This document shows positions 9,796-19,306 of a stretch of 48,408 nt of DNA, one piece after another. The notes below the pieces were generated by a model that did not search any database, was not told the origin of the DNA, and saw only the letters and a list, made by a program, of their open reading frames with translations. The stretch comes from a virus (taxonomy: Duplodnaviria > Heunggongvirae > Uroviricota > Caudoviricetes), in IMG/VR virus record IMGVR_UViG_2740892271_000012. The stretch is one strand, 5' to 3'. Each line of letters starts with the position of its first letter. Position 1 is the stretch's first letter. A program made the position numbers and the translations under genes.

Positions 9796-10542
9796 ATGAA
9801 AAATATTGCGACAGGCGACGTTCTTGAACGTATCCGCAGACTGGCCCCGTCACATGTAACCGCGCCATTCAAGACGGTAGCGGAGTGGCGCGAGTGGCAA
9901 CTTTCCGAAGGCCAGAAACGTTGTGAGGAGATCAACCGTCAGAATCGTCAGTTGCGGGTGGAAAAAATTCTGAATCGCTCTGGCATCCAGCCATTGCACC
10001 GCAAATGCTCGTTTTCGAATTACCAGGTGCAGAACGAAGCGCAGCGATACGCGTTGAGTCAGGCGAAATCCATCGCTGATGAACTGATGACCGGGTGTAC
10101 AAATTTTGCGTTCAGCGGAAAACCTGGTACCGGGAAGAACCACTTAGCGGCAGCTATCGGGAATCGCCTGCTGAAAGACGGTCAGACAGTGATTGTGGTT
10201 ACCGTGGCTGATGTTATGAGTGCCCTGCACGCCAGCTATGACGATGGGCAGTCAGGCGAAAAATTTTTGCGGGAACTATGCGAAGTGGATCTGCTGGTTC
10301 TTGATGAAATTGGCATTCAGCGCGAGACGAAAAACGAGCAGGTGGTGCTGCACCAGATTGTTGATCGCCGGACAGCGTCGATGCGCAGCGTGGGGATGCT
10401 GACAAACCTGAACTATGAGGCCATGAAAACATTGCTCGGCGAGCGGATTATGGATCGCATGACCATGAACGGCGGGCGATGGGTGAATTTTAACTGGGAG
10501 AGCTGGCGTCCGAATGTCGTCCAGCCAGGAATTGAGAAGTAA
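9796..10542 (+). CDS. ydaV: DnaC-like helicase loader / IstB-like AAA+ ATPase (lambda P-position)
   Basis: ORF track 248 aa with Walker A GKPGTGKN and Walker B LLVLDEIG. Confidence 0.85.
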   Translation: MKNIATGDVLERIRRLAPSHVTAPFKTVAEWREWQLSEGQKRCEEINRQNRQLRVEKILNRSGIQPLHRKCSFSNYQVQNEAQRYALSQAKSIADELMTGCTNFAFSGKPGTGKNHLAAAIGNRLLKDGQTVIVVTVADVMSALHASYDDGQSGEKFLRELCEVDLLVLDEIGIQRETKNEQVVLHQIVDRRTASMRSVGMLTNLNYEAMKTLLGERIMDRMTMNGGRWVNFNWESWRPNVVQPGIEK

Positions 10543-10564
10543 TTTTTACCGGGAGGAAATTTTT

Positions 10565-11326
10565 ATGGAGACTGTTTTTGACGCACTGAAAGCAATGGGA
10601 AAAGCCACATCCATAGAACTTGCTGCGCGACTTGATATCAGTCGTGAAGAAGTGCTGAACGAACTATGGGAACTGAAAAAAGCTGGTTTCGTTGATAAAA
10701 GCGCGTACACCTGGCGTGTGGCTGATAACAACGTTCAGCAGGAACAGCCAATGCAGGCAGAACTGCCGGAAGAAACCACCACGGCAACTGTAGTGAAAAT
10801 CTCAGAGTGCGATTTAACCGCGACGATTGAACAACGCGGACCACAAACGGCGGATGAACTGGCTACGCTGTTCGGTACAACATCCCGCAAAGTTGCTTCA
10901 ACGCTGGCAATGGCAATCAGCAAAGGACGCCTGATTCGCGTAAACCAGAACAGTAAATTTCGTTACTGCATGCCGGGCGATAATTTACCAGCAGAGCCGA
11001 AAGCTGCATCGGTAGCGGAAACTGATGGTAAAGCCTTTCCTCAGCCAGCCGGTGTTGCGTTACCAGTACAGGAAGCGGCAACACAGGAAGATATTAAAAC
11101 AGAAACTGTGGCGGACATTGTGCAGTCGCTGCCATCGTTTACTGAAACGCAAGCGGATGACCTAGTTTTACCATCGCTGCATATGGCAAACCGCGAACTG
11201 CGTCGGGCGAAAAATCATGTCCAGAAGTGGGAGCGAGTCTGCGCCGCGCTGCGGGAGCTGAACAAGCACCGGGATATTGTCCGACAGATTGTCGATTCCT
11301 CCAGTCGTATTGTGTCGGAAAAGTGA
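10565..11326 (+). CDS. Hypothetical protein (YdaW-like)
   Basis: ORF 10514-11326; ATG at 10565 gives [31 protein letters not shown] (winged-helix-like N-terminus). Confidence 0.5.
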   Translation: METVFDALKAMGKATSIELAARLDISREEVLNELWELKKAGFVDKSAYTWRVADNNVQQEQPMQAELPEETTTATVVKISECDLTATIEQRGPQTADELATLFGTTSRKVASTLAMAISKGRLIRVNQNSKFRYCMPGDNLPAEPKAASVAETDGKAFPQPAGVALPVQEAATQEDIKTETVADIVQSLPSFTETQADDLVLPSLHMANRELRRAKNHVQKWERVCAALRELNKHRDIVRQIVDSSSRIVSEK

Positions 11327-11341
11327 TTGCCGGAGGCGCTT

Positions 11342-11758
11342 ATGGCAAAAGTTTTTACACAGGAAGAGCGTGAAAAAATTAAGGAGCAGGTTGTTGAGTT
11401 GGTACGCCAGAGTGGGCGCGAGACGTTAAGGCAACTGGAGGCCAAGACAGGTGCGACAAGATATCTGATGAGCATTCTTGCCAGAGAGTTGGTTGCCAGT
11501 GGCGATGTATACAACTCTGGCTATGGGTTATTCCCGTCTGAACAGGCTCGTAAGGATTGGAAAAACGCCCGCAAAAAACTATCCAGGGCAAAGGTGAAAA
11601 AAACGGTTGTGGTTGATCCTGACCTTATCTGGTCATTACCAGACGGAGAAATACGCCGCTATGACAGGCGTCAGAACATAATCTGTCGCGAGTGCCGGAA
11701 GAGTGAAGTTATGAAACGTGTACTGGCATTTTATCAAGGAAATCTTCGGTATTTATAG
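11342..11758 (+). CDS. Hypothetical protein
   Basis: ORF 11327-11758, probable start MAKVFTQEEREKIKEQ at 11342; basic C-terminus. Confidence 0.45.
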   Translation: MAKVFTQEEREKIKEQVVELVRQSGRETLRQLEAKTGATRYLMSILARELVASGDVYNSGYGLFPSEQARKDWKNARKKLSRAKVKKTVVVDPDLIWSLPDGEIRRYDRRQNIICRECRKSEVMKRVLAFYQGNLRYL

Positions 11759-11896
11759 ACGTTACTAGATCAAAGAGCATTAGTTCATATGTAAATTGAC
11801 ATTTTTCTGGCACAGGGGAGAGCTAGCGTGGTTGTCCGCTTTGTGCCAATAGCGGACATTGCTGGCTCATGGTATGTTAGTTTAAGGAGGCAGGTT

Positions 11897-12919
11897 ATGC
11901 CCTGTATTTCGCTGTGGTATAATAGTTGCGCAATTGATACAAGGGAGCGTTACATCGTGAAAATTGTTTTCGAGGTTAATGGAAAGAAAGTTCCACTAAA
12001 ATCTTTAAAATACATAAGCAAAAAAGATCAACTCGAAGTAATGAAAAACTGGTTCTTTGAAAACTTTGAAGATCCGGCAAATGCTTGTCCGTATGAAAGT
12101 AGAGAAGGTGGCTATGCTTACATATATGGCGGGCCGTATGATGCGAGCGAAGAACTACAATCCATCTTCGGTCAATATGTTAAATCTGAGTATATTGAGG
12201 AATTAGTAGATGAATTACAAACACAATGTTTTGACTGGTCTGGAAACTCAAATAATATAGATGATTGGTACGATGATGATATCTACGACGCTGTAACGTC
12301 TTCCGGTAATCCGTATTTAAAATTCATTGATAATATCGATAAAATAAAAAAACTTGCAAAAGATAAAACTGAACAACAGCAAAAAAACCACTTGCTTAGT
12401 TTGCTCTACACGAATGTTATTACAGCTTTGGAAACGCTTTATGTTGAGCTATTCATTAATTCTATAGAGAAAGATGATGTCTACATAGCCAATTGTATAG
12501 AAAAAGGTAAGACTGAATTTAAAGTAAGCAAAGATATTGCTGCGTTGCCTTTCAAGGGTGAACCCATCGAGAAAATTAGGGGAGAGCTAATCAGGTCAAT
12601 CAAGGAACACTTGATCAGTGCAAGCTGGCATAGCACTAAAAAGGTAATCGACCGCTATGAAGCTACATTCGATATAAAAGTACAAAAAGACTGTCCGATA
12701 GAAGCTATTGAATTGGCAACCCTCAATCGAAATCACTTAGTGCATCGTGGTGGAAAGGATAAAGAAGGGAACCTCGTAGTGATTACAGACCAGGATCTTG
12801 AAACGCTGATTGAAAATGCATCGAACCTGGCAATTATGCTCTACAACAGTTTAAATGTAGCAACGAATAAAACCACCATTTTGCAACCAGATGACAAACC
12901 GTTCATTCATGAATTTTAA
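11897..12919 (+). CDS. Cargo protein A: uncharacterised protein with a C-terminal RNHLVH (Rx4H, HEPN-type) motif; candidate RNase-like effector
   Basis: ORF 11828-12919; strong SD AAGGAGG 6 nt before ATG at 11897 (alternative GTG at 11957 after AAGGGAG and a TGgTATAAT element); motif LNRNHLVHRGG encoded at 12722-12754; AT-rich codon usage by eye. Confidence 0.55.
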   Translation: MPCISLWYNSCAIDTRERYIVKIVFEVNGKKVPLKSLKYISKKDQLEVMKNWFFENFEDPANACPYESREGGYAYIYGGPYDASEELQSIFGQYVKSEYIEELVDELQTQCFDWSGNSNNIDDWYDDDIYDAVTSSGNPYLKFIDNIDKIKKLAKDKTEQQQKNHLLSLLYTNVITALETLYVELFINSIEKDDVYIANCIEKGKTEFKVSKDIAALPFKGEPIEKIRGELIRSIKEHLISASWHSTKKVIDRYEATFDIKVQKDCPIEAIELATLNRNHLVHRGGKDKEGNLVVITDQDLETLIENASNLAIMLYNSLNVATNKTTILQPDDKPFIHEF

Positions 12920-12934
12920 TAGCGCAGGTCATAC

Positions 12935-13936
12935 ATGGATATTCGCACACGAAAGACAAAATTTTTAGAGTCGTTAGATTCAACTGAAGTGATACGCAAA
13001 GCAGTAAGTCTCGCTATAGATTGCATTATTGATAATCATAATAGTAATGAAGATACCCCCTTAGTTATTACCAGCTATGATGATCTCTGTAGAATCCAGG
13101 TGCTAAATTATGTACAGGAGTTTTGCGAAGCTGCATTCCCTGATATGGATGAATATTACTTTAGTCCTAACATACTTCGCATCAACGGCAAGACTAGTGA
13201 AGAAGCTTGTATTAACTTAATTAAACTCTTAAGAAGTACAAAAGGCATGCTATTCTGGTCCGATGCCCCATCGTGGTTCGCTAGCCTCCCCGACGGATTA
13301 TTCCATGTTGTTAACATTGATCAAAAAATCGTTACTCGCGGCCTTAATAAGAAAAACTCTAAGCCGACAATAATCAATAAAGATTACAGTGTAGATACAC
13401 TACTATCAGAGCTATTTTTGAATGGCGCACACATGGAGCAACCCAACGTACACAACGTTTCTGAGGGAAACATGAAGTTCTATGATGAATGCCATGCTGG
13501 ATTAATCAGACCAATACCCGCTCCAATAGGCGCGTCATACGATGAAGAGATCACAATTAATTCTCCAGATTGGCAAAAGCTCGCGTGTGTAGCTTTACGC
13601 CGCTATCAGTCGAAGGAATGTCATGACGGAATGCAATGGGATACAACCGATCATGGTTGGACTGATGTAATCGCGTATCCATTCGTCGAAGAAATACAAT
13701 CAATGGATAATAGTGGTTATCGACAATGTTTAGTTGGGCTGGTCACAATAAACAATTCAAATGCAAATTCTCCGTACCTATCTACCGTTTGGATACATCC
13801 ATTTTATCGCAGGAGAGGGTTATTAAGTAAGTTATGGCCAAAATTACAAGAGTTATATGGAAGTAACTTCGAAATTGAGCGACCTAATGAAAATATGAAA
13901 GCATTTCTGAAAAGTGCGAAACACGCAGATTACTAA
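12935..13936 (+). CDS. Cargo protein B: two-domain protein with a C-terminal GNAT-like acetyltransferase fold
   Basis: ORF track 333 aa; 15 bp after gene A; C-terminal segment CLVGLVTI...VWIHPFYRRRGLLSKL resembles GNAT motif A (encoded around 13796-13825); N-terminal ~180 aa unrecognised. Confidence 0.6.
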   Translation: MDIRTRKTKFLESLDSTEVIRKAVSLAIDCIIDNHNSNEDTPLVITSYDDLCRIQVLNYVQEFCEAAFPDMDEYYFSPNILRINGKTSEEACINLIKLLRSTKGMLFWSDAPSWFASLPDGLFHVVNIDQKIVTRGLNKKNSKPTIINKDYSVDTLLSELFLNGAHMEQPNVHNVSEGNMKFYDECHAGLIRPIPAPIGASYDEEITINSPDWQKLACVALRRYQSKECHDGMQWDTTDHGWTDVIAYPFVEEIQSMDNSGYRQCLVGLVTINNSNANSPYLSTVWIHPFYRRRGLLSKLWPKLQELYGSNFEIERPNENMKAFLKSAKHADY

Positions 13937-14496
13937 TTTATGAATCAGTCTGTGGAGTTAGGGTTGGTGTGAACAAGTAGGGTAAGAGCCTCAACGTGAT
14001 GCTATGCCGACCTGCTCCCTGAGAATTCACACAGAAGGCTGCTAGCAATGTCTGCAGATCGCTCAAAGCGGACTAAAATGTTGGCTTGTTTCTGACTTAG
14101 AGCATTTAAGGAAGTGCTGGTGGTGACTGGTTGTTGTGTTCCATTTCTACAGAATAAAATCACAGAAACTATACCCAATAGTTGTATTGAATCACTGACG
14201 AGACAGCCTCATATTTATCAGGACTGGTGTGCGTCTAATACAGGGGGTTGTCGTGCTGGTTCTCAAATGTGCGCTGGCTATTGCGGCTGTAATGGCAATT
14301 TATTGTCTTGCTGTTGTTCTTATGGAGCGGCTTTCTGATTGATTACATACTGGCTAGAAAAAAGGTGTTACCTTGGTTTATCTTTGTCCGGCAAGGTGCG
14401 CTCATTAATCTTAAGTAAATTTATTGCTCAAGTATTCAGATTACTTCTTATGGTTGAAGTCTCCTGTCAATGTAGAACCAATATATTTACAAAAAT

Positions 14497-14527
14497 GAGA
14501 CCCGTCGGGGATAGCCCTGCCGGGTCT
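14497..14527 (-). terminator. Hairpin followed by T-run on the minus strand, downstream of the YeaR-like gene
   Basis: Seen in sequence: gagacccg...cgggtct inverted repeat 14497-14527; minus strand continues cattttt. Confidence 0.4.
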
Positions 14528-14556
14528 GACTGTTAAAGCATTTTTAATATGATCAT

Positions 14557-14895
14557 CTATTTTTTGGTGCTATAGACTTTTTCGCCCGAAAAGTCTGGAG
14601 CGACCCAAAAGTTAATATTAAACTGAGCATCATCGCTTAGTTCAACACGGTGCCAGTATTGTGGTGGGCTTGTTGCAAAAGCGCCAGCATTAATGACTAC
14701 TTTTATCTCCGGTTCAGTAGCATTCTCATCAGTAAAACCATAATATGTTACAGTGCCTTCCATTACGCACAACTGCCCAAAAACACCTGCTGCTGTATTA
14801 TGATGTGTTAATAACGCTGAAGGTACGTTCTCTTTTGTGAAGAACGGAGTTGAGCGTTTGATTACCCAATCTTTAGGAATTCTCTTGTGTGTCAT
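14557..14895 (-). CDS. YeaR-like DUF1971 protein
   Basis: ORF 14557-14919; ATG at 14895 after GGAGG; recalled alignment to E. coli YeaR (RSTPFW, VMHGAVKYLGY, FAVFPPEKWH, FNIDFFVAPE blocks conserved). Confidence 0.7.
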   Translation of the reverse strand: MTHKRIPKDWVIKRSTPFFTKENVPSALLTHHNTAAGVFGQLCVMEGTVTYYGFTDENATEPEIKVVINAGAFATSPPQYWHRVELSDDAQFNINFWVAPDFSGEKVYSTKK

Positions 14896-15708
14896 AACCA
14901 CCTCCTCCAAAACATGCATTAAAAATGCATCTTTTGGAGGGTTATGTCAAGCTGTTATGAAACACATAATTGATATGTTGATTAGAGGAGAAGATAGAAT
15001 AAATATGGTTGTTTTTCGTATAACTATTTGTTTTACTTTTAGTTTATGCATTCTGTGTGTTAGGAATAAGTTATTAAAGTTTAATCAAAAAATCTCGATG
15101 TAGTCCACATAGATTACTGTTACTGAACCTTATTGTGTGTATTAGTTGTGTTCTGAAATTTCAGCTTAATTATTTATGATGTATTTTTTAACGATAAATA
15201 TTTTCCCAGGATACCTTTACTGTGTATATAAATAAATTATATACGCATAAATAATGTAAAGGCGTCCTTTTAGATATATCTTATCAAATGTTAATGACTT
15301 GAGTGGGAAATATGATTCCAGCAACTTATCATGTGGCTACTTTATAAAAATAATGCCCATATAAAACAACAAGCGAAAAGGATTACGGATAAAAAAGGAG
15401 CGAGATGTGCGAACTTGTTATTTTCCATGTTTAACCACCTTAAATAATTGATGATGACGGGATGATTGCATCTGTAATGCTTTTATTGAAATGTTATGAT
15501 AAAAAAGAACTTTTGCATAACATTAAAATGTAATTTATCTAATCGTTTTTAATAATAAGTGTCGTATTTCTATCCTTGTACCAGCTATTTGATATGTAGT
15601 GTTTGTTCATGCTATGTGGGGCTTTACACCATAGCCAGTTTATTTATACTTTATTCGTCAGCCTGAACAACTGGCATCTGCTGCGCTGCGCCATCGAGAG
15701 ATTGAGAA

Positions 15709-16308
15709 ATGGCGCATATACAACTGGTCAAACAAACCTCTTCTGGTTTACTTCTCCCGGCGACGCCGGAGAGTTGCGATTTTCTGCATCAAATCAAAAT
15801 AGGTGAGTGGATACACGCAGACTTTAAGCGTGTGCGTAACTACGCATTCCACAAGCGTTTTTTCAAACTCCTGCAACTGGGATTCGATTACTGGACTCCG
15901 GTCGGTGGGGCGATCACGCCTCGCGAACGAGAACTGCTGTCTGGTTTCGTTGATTACCTGTGCGAATCAGTTGGTCGGGAACACACGCCAGCCCTGAGTG
16001 ATGCCGCAGAGCAATACCTTAACACCGTTGCGACTCGTAGAACCCGGGATACGGCGTTGCTAAAGTCGTTTGAGGCTTTCCGCGAGTGGGTAACCATTCA
16101 GGCCGGATTTTACACCGAGCATATTTATCCGGACGGTAGCCGTGGGCGTCGGGCAAAATCCATCGCTTTTGCGAATATGGACGAAGTCGAGTTTCAGCAG
16201 GTTTATAAATCTGTACTGAATGTGCTGTGGAACTGGATTCTGTTCCGTAAATTCTCCTCTCAGGAGGAAGTTGAAAATGTGGCCGCACAACTACTGGAGT
16301 TTGCGTAA
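15709..16308 (+). CDS. DUF1367-family phage protein (YbcN-like, nin-region)
   Basis: ORF track 199 aa MAHIQLVKQTSSGLLLPATPESCDFLHQIKIGEWIH...; sits upstream of the YbcO-like and Q-like genes. Confidence 0.6.
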   Translation: MAHIQLVKQTSSGLLLPATPESCDFLHQIKIGEWIHADFKRVRNYAFHKRFFKLLQLGFDYWTPVGGAITPRERELLSGFVDYLCESVGREHTPALSDAAEQYLNTVATRRTRDTALLKSFEAFREWVTIQAGFYTEHIYPDGSRGRRAKSIAFANMDEVEFQQVYKSVLNVLWNWILFRKFSSQEEVENVAAQLLEFA

Positions 16309-16598
16309 TGGTGAATTTACGTAAAGCGGCTAAAGGCCAGATGTGCCAGATCAGAATCCCTGGCTACTGCAATCACAATCCCGAAACCTCTGTGCTGGCG
16401 CATTACAGGCTGGCGGGGACGTGCGGAACAGCGACAAAACCACATGATATGCAGGCGGCGATAGCCTGTAGCTCATGCCACGATCTAATCGACGGGCGGG
16501 TAAAAACCAGCGATTACACCAAAGAAGAATTGCGCCTGATGCATGCTGAAGGGGTTTTTCGCACACAAGAAATCTGGAGAAAGAAAGGTCATTTATGA
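16308..16598 (+). CDS. YbcO-like DUF1364 protein (Cys4 putative nuclease)
   Basis: ORF track 96 aa MVNLRKAAKGQMCQIRIPGYCNHNPETSVLAH...CSSCHDLID; recalled similarity to DLP12 YbcO. Confidence 0.65.
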   Translation: MVNLRKAAKGQMCQIRIPGYCNHNPETSVLAHYRLAGTCGTATKPHDMQAAIACSSCHDLIDGRVKTSDYTKEELRLMHAEGVFRTQEIWRKKGHL

Positions 16599-17137
16599 TT
16601 TACCCAACGAATACAGGAAAAAGCGGAGAACACCTTCGCCTCACCACGCTGGAAAGTGTCTGGATTCAGGGAAAACTACGTATGTGGGGGCGCTGGTCGT
16701 ATATTGGCGGTGGCAGGTCAGGGAATATGTTCAATCAGTTGTTGGCATCCAAAAAACTGACGAAAACAGCCATTAATGAAGCCCTGCGCAGAATGAAAAA
16801 AGCGGGAATAGAGAAAGCTGAGCTGGAAGCGTTTTTGCGAGAGATGATCAACGGCAAGCAAAAGAGCTGGCTGGCGCATTGTACTGATGCAGAGGCGTTA
16901 TGTATTGATCGAGTCATAAGTGAGGTGCTGGCAGAGCATCCAGGATTGATTTGCATTCTCCGGCAACGCTATGAAGGGCGGGGGATGACTAAGCGCAAAA
17001 TGGCTGAATTGCTAAATGATGCACACCCAGAGTGGTGTTTTAGCACATGCGAAAAACGGATTGCTAATTGGTTAGCTGTTGCTGAGTATGCCCTATATAT
17101 TCCCATGCGTGAATCATTTGCTGAGAAAATGGCTTGA
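16595..17137 (+). CDS. Putative late-gene antiterminator (Q-like)
   Basis: ORF track 180 aa; last gene before the lysis region, overlapping start with the previous gene; WxxGxW-type block (RMWGRWSY); assignment is largely positional. Confidence 0.55.
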   Translation: MIYPTNTGKSGEHLRLTTLESVWIQGKLRMWGRWSYIGGGRSGNMFNQLLASKKLTKTAINEALRRMKKAGIEKAELEAFLREMINGKQKSWLAHCTDAEALCIDRVISEVLAEHPGLICILRQRYEGRGMTKRKMAELLNDAHPEWCFSTCEKRIANWLAVAEYALYIPMRESFAEKMA

Positions 17138-17217
17138 TTTCTTACGTATAAACTGCTTCAATTTTGCTATGCTTCGCAAAGCTGTATCGCGAGGCGGATT
17201 GCAGACATGGACATCGT

Positions 17218-17245
17218 AAAAAAACCGCTTAATGCGGTTTTTTTA
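17218..17245 (+). terminator. Rho-independent terminator-like hairpin (A-run, stem, T-run; potentially bidirectional)
   Basis: Seen in sequence: aaaaaaaccgc ttaat gcggttttttt about 80 bp after the Q-like stop. Confidence 0.5.
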
Positions 17246-17564
17246 CGTCAGGAAAGCAGGGGAGAATGCTGCTAGTTGGGCAACTGGTCTTTCTGCTCCA
17301 AATTATAACAGAGACCAGTTATAGTTTCGGTGCTGTGTTTTTTTTACAATATTGTGATAACACATTGCTGGCGGGAGTTTTGATATTTCTTGGCAGGGGC
17401 TGATGATGCGTTATCCTGATGTCGTCAACTCATATAAAATGAGATGAGAGATCATTGCAGGGTGGTTTGTAATTCGCTGTTTAGCGGGACAATATGTTGT
17501 CTGATACAAGACACCCGACGCCTCAGATTACTATAATAAAGACGAAGCATCCTTTGTATTGACC

Positions 17565-17590
17565 AACCGCCTGTTTAGGCGGTTCTTTTT
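17565..17590 (+). terminator. Rho-independent terminator-like hairpin, candidate tR'-type
   Basis: Seen in sequence: aaccgcc tgttta ggcggtt cttttt; a perfect TATAAT hexamer lies at 17532-17537 about 30 bp upstream. Confidence 0.45.
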
Positions 17591-18181
17591 GGGCTGGTTT
17601 ATTGTATGCCAAATGATTATTAAAAAGGTTGTGTTAATAACAAGATCCGAAATAATATGCCTGCATATTTTTATCTTGCTTATATTCTGCATATTGTGCA
17701 TAGCAGGCTCATCCCTGCAATCAAAACTGTATGATGAGTATTTTTTGTTTTCCTTTTTTCCAGTCATCTGATGATGACCTGCTTCTTTTTAATCCGGATC
17801 GACATCAGTTTTTTAAGATAATTCCTGCGAGTTATATGCATAAATGCCACAAACTCCGCATTTTATGTGGTTGGGAGTTGCCGGGCGCGCAGTGAGTTTG
17901 CTAAGAAAACTCCTGCATGGTGAATCCCCCTGTGCGGTGGGGTGATACCATTAACCTTTTCTGTCGCCGACAGGTATCACGAACATTTTGTTCACCGGGA
18001 GGCACCCGGCACCATGCACTTCAATAGATTCTCTCCACATTATGGATATTCTTTCAGAATATCCCACGCAGACTTTGTGTAAATGTTAACAAATGTGCGT
18101 TTTATTTGATCTGATTCGCTGTTTGAGCGTCCAAAACAACGGTATATATAATCCTTTACTATATGACATATGTGAGGAAAA

Positions 18182-18610
18182 ATGGGTTTTCGTAGCGCAT
18201 CAATTCTTACGTTGATTATTAGTGGGATTATTATCGGGTGCACTGATGCTGTATCGACAAATTATCATGACCGTACATCATATTACTCCGATAAAGCAAT
18301 AGAGACACAGTATGTGAGTTCATCTGAACGTACTTCTGATGTTAGTGAGGATATCCGTCTGTATGCCCATCAAATCAAGAGCGCCATCGAAAAACAGTTC
18401 GGGGATGCGAGTAAGTATTCAGGAAAAGAGTGTACACTGAGAATGCATATGGCCCCGAATGGCCTTCTACTGGAGGTTAAAAGAGAAAGTGGAGACCTCG
18501 ATTTATGTCGTGAAGCGATGAATGCGATAAAGAATGCTGATATACCTGCCCCCCCTTCGCCGGAAGTATATAAAGTATTTCAAAATGGGGTGCTGGATTT
18601 TAAACCCTGA
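18182..18610 (+). CDS. Lipoprotein with TolA C-terminal domain (domain III)-like region
   Basis: ORF track 142 aa; signal peptide with lipobox IIGC; C-terminus YAHQIKSAIEKQFGDASKYSGKECTLRMHMAPNGLLLEVKRESGDLDLCREAMNAIKNADIPAPPSPEVYKVFQNGVLDFKP aligns by recall to TolA ...YAGQIKSAIESKFYDASSYAGKTCTLRIKLAPDGMLLDIKPEGGDPALC...PLDFKP. Confidence 0.75.
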   Translation: MGFRSASILTLIISGIIIGCTDAVSTNYHDRTSYYSDKAIETQYVSSSERTSDVSEDIRLYAHQIKSAIEKQFGDASKYSGKECTLRMHMAPNGLLLEVKRESGDLDLCREAMNAIKNADIPAPPSPEVYKVFQNGVLDFKP

Positions 18611-18760
18611 TATTTATTGTTTTGTAATAAACGGTTTCGGCTTAGGTTTGTTCTGACACAGCTACGGCACTGAGCTAAATTTAGCGGATAGTCAGCTCTG
18701 AGCCAGTGGCGGACGTAACAACTACTATTGCTGAGATTTTAATGGATTGAGGAGCAAGAA

Positions 18761-19156
18761 GTGGGATTAAAGAAAATCGTTATGTTGACTTTTTGGGTCG
18801 GTTTTGTTGCGGGATGCACACCTTTACACCCTTCAGATTGCCACAAAACTACTGCTACAGGTAGTTGCAGTTCAGGACGCTGGGATGATCAGGATGAATG
18901 GGGGGCGCAAGCGCGGGGAATCAGAGCTGCAATTAATGCCAAACTTGATGAGCCGCATAACTGGAAAGGGAAAAAATGCAGGTTGCATATGGAATTCTCT
19001 CAGGATGGCACGGCGTTAAAAATATCTACCAGTAACGGTGATAAAGCCTATTGCGAAGCGATAAAGTCCGCAGCTCATAAAGCCAAATTTCCGGCCTTCA
19101 ACAATCCGGAAGTCTACAGAGATTTTCAGAAATCTGGCTTTGACATGCGAGGTTAG
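18761..19156 (+). CDS. Second lipoprotein with a diverged TolA domain III-like C-terminus (paralogue)
   Basis: ORF track 131 aa (GTG start after GAGGAG); lipobox VAGC; C-terminus KGKKCRLHMEFSQDGTALKISTSNGDKAYCEAIKSAAHKAKFPAFNNPEVYRDFQKSGFD has the same Cys spacing and motif order. Confidence 0.65.
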   Translation: MGLKKIVMLTFWVGFVAGCTPLHPSDCHKTTATGSCSSGRWDDQDEWGAQARGIRAAINAKLDEPHNWKGKKCRLHMEFSQDGTALKISTSNGDKAYCEAIKSAAHKAKFPAFNNPEVYRDFQKSGFDMRG

Positions 19157-19281
19157 CTCTTCAATTACTATATCTCATTCATAGCAAACTGACAGATTTG
19201 ATGATGTTCTATATACGAAACCTGTGATGTCAAGTCTGAGCTAATACAAATAAACATAATATCAGAGAAATACATTTTATT

Positions 19282-19306
19282 AGCTCGCTACGGCGAGCTT
19301 TTTATA
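19282..19306 (+). terminator. Rho-independent terminator after the lipoprotein gene pair
   Basis: Seen in sequence: agctcgc tacg gcgagct ttttatatt. Confidence 0.5.

Noticed and set aside
14339-14536. 65-aa ORF overlapping the minus-strand terminator hairpin
   Set aside because: It runs through the predicted terminator of the YeaR-like gene and has no RBS
14837-15103. 88-aa ORF at the edge of the AT-rich spacer
   Set aside because: It overlaps the YeaR-like gene start on the opposite strand and has AT-rich random-like composition
17531-17771. Overlapping 70-78 aa ORFs on both strands downstream of Q
   Set aside because: AT-rich, low-complexity, mutually overlapping and crossing a terminator hairpin; likely non-coding
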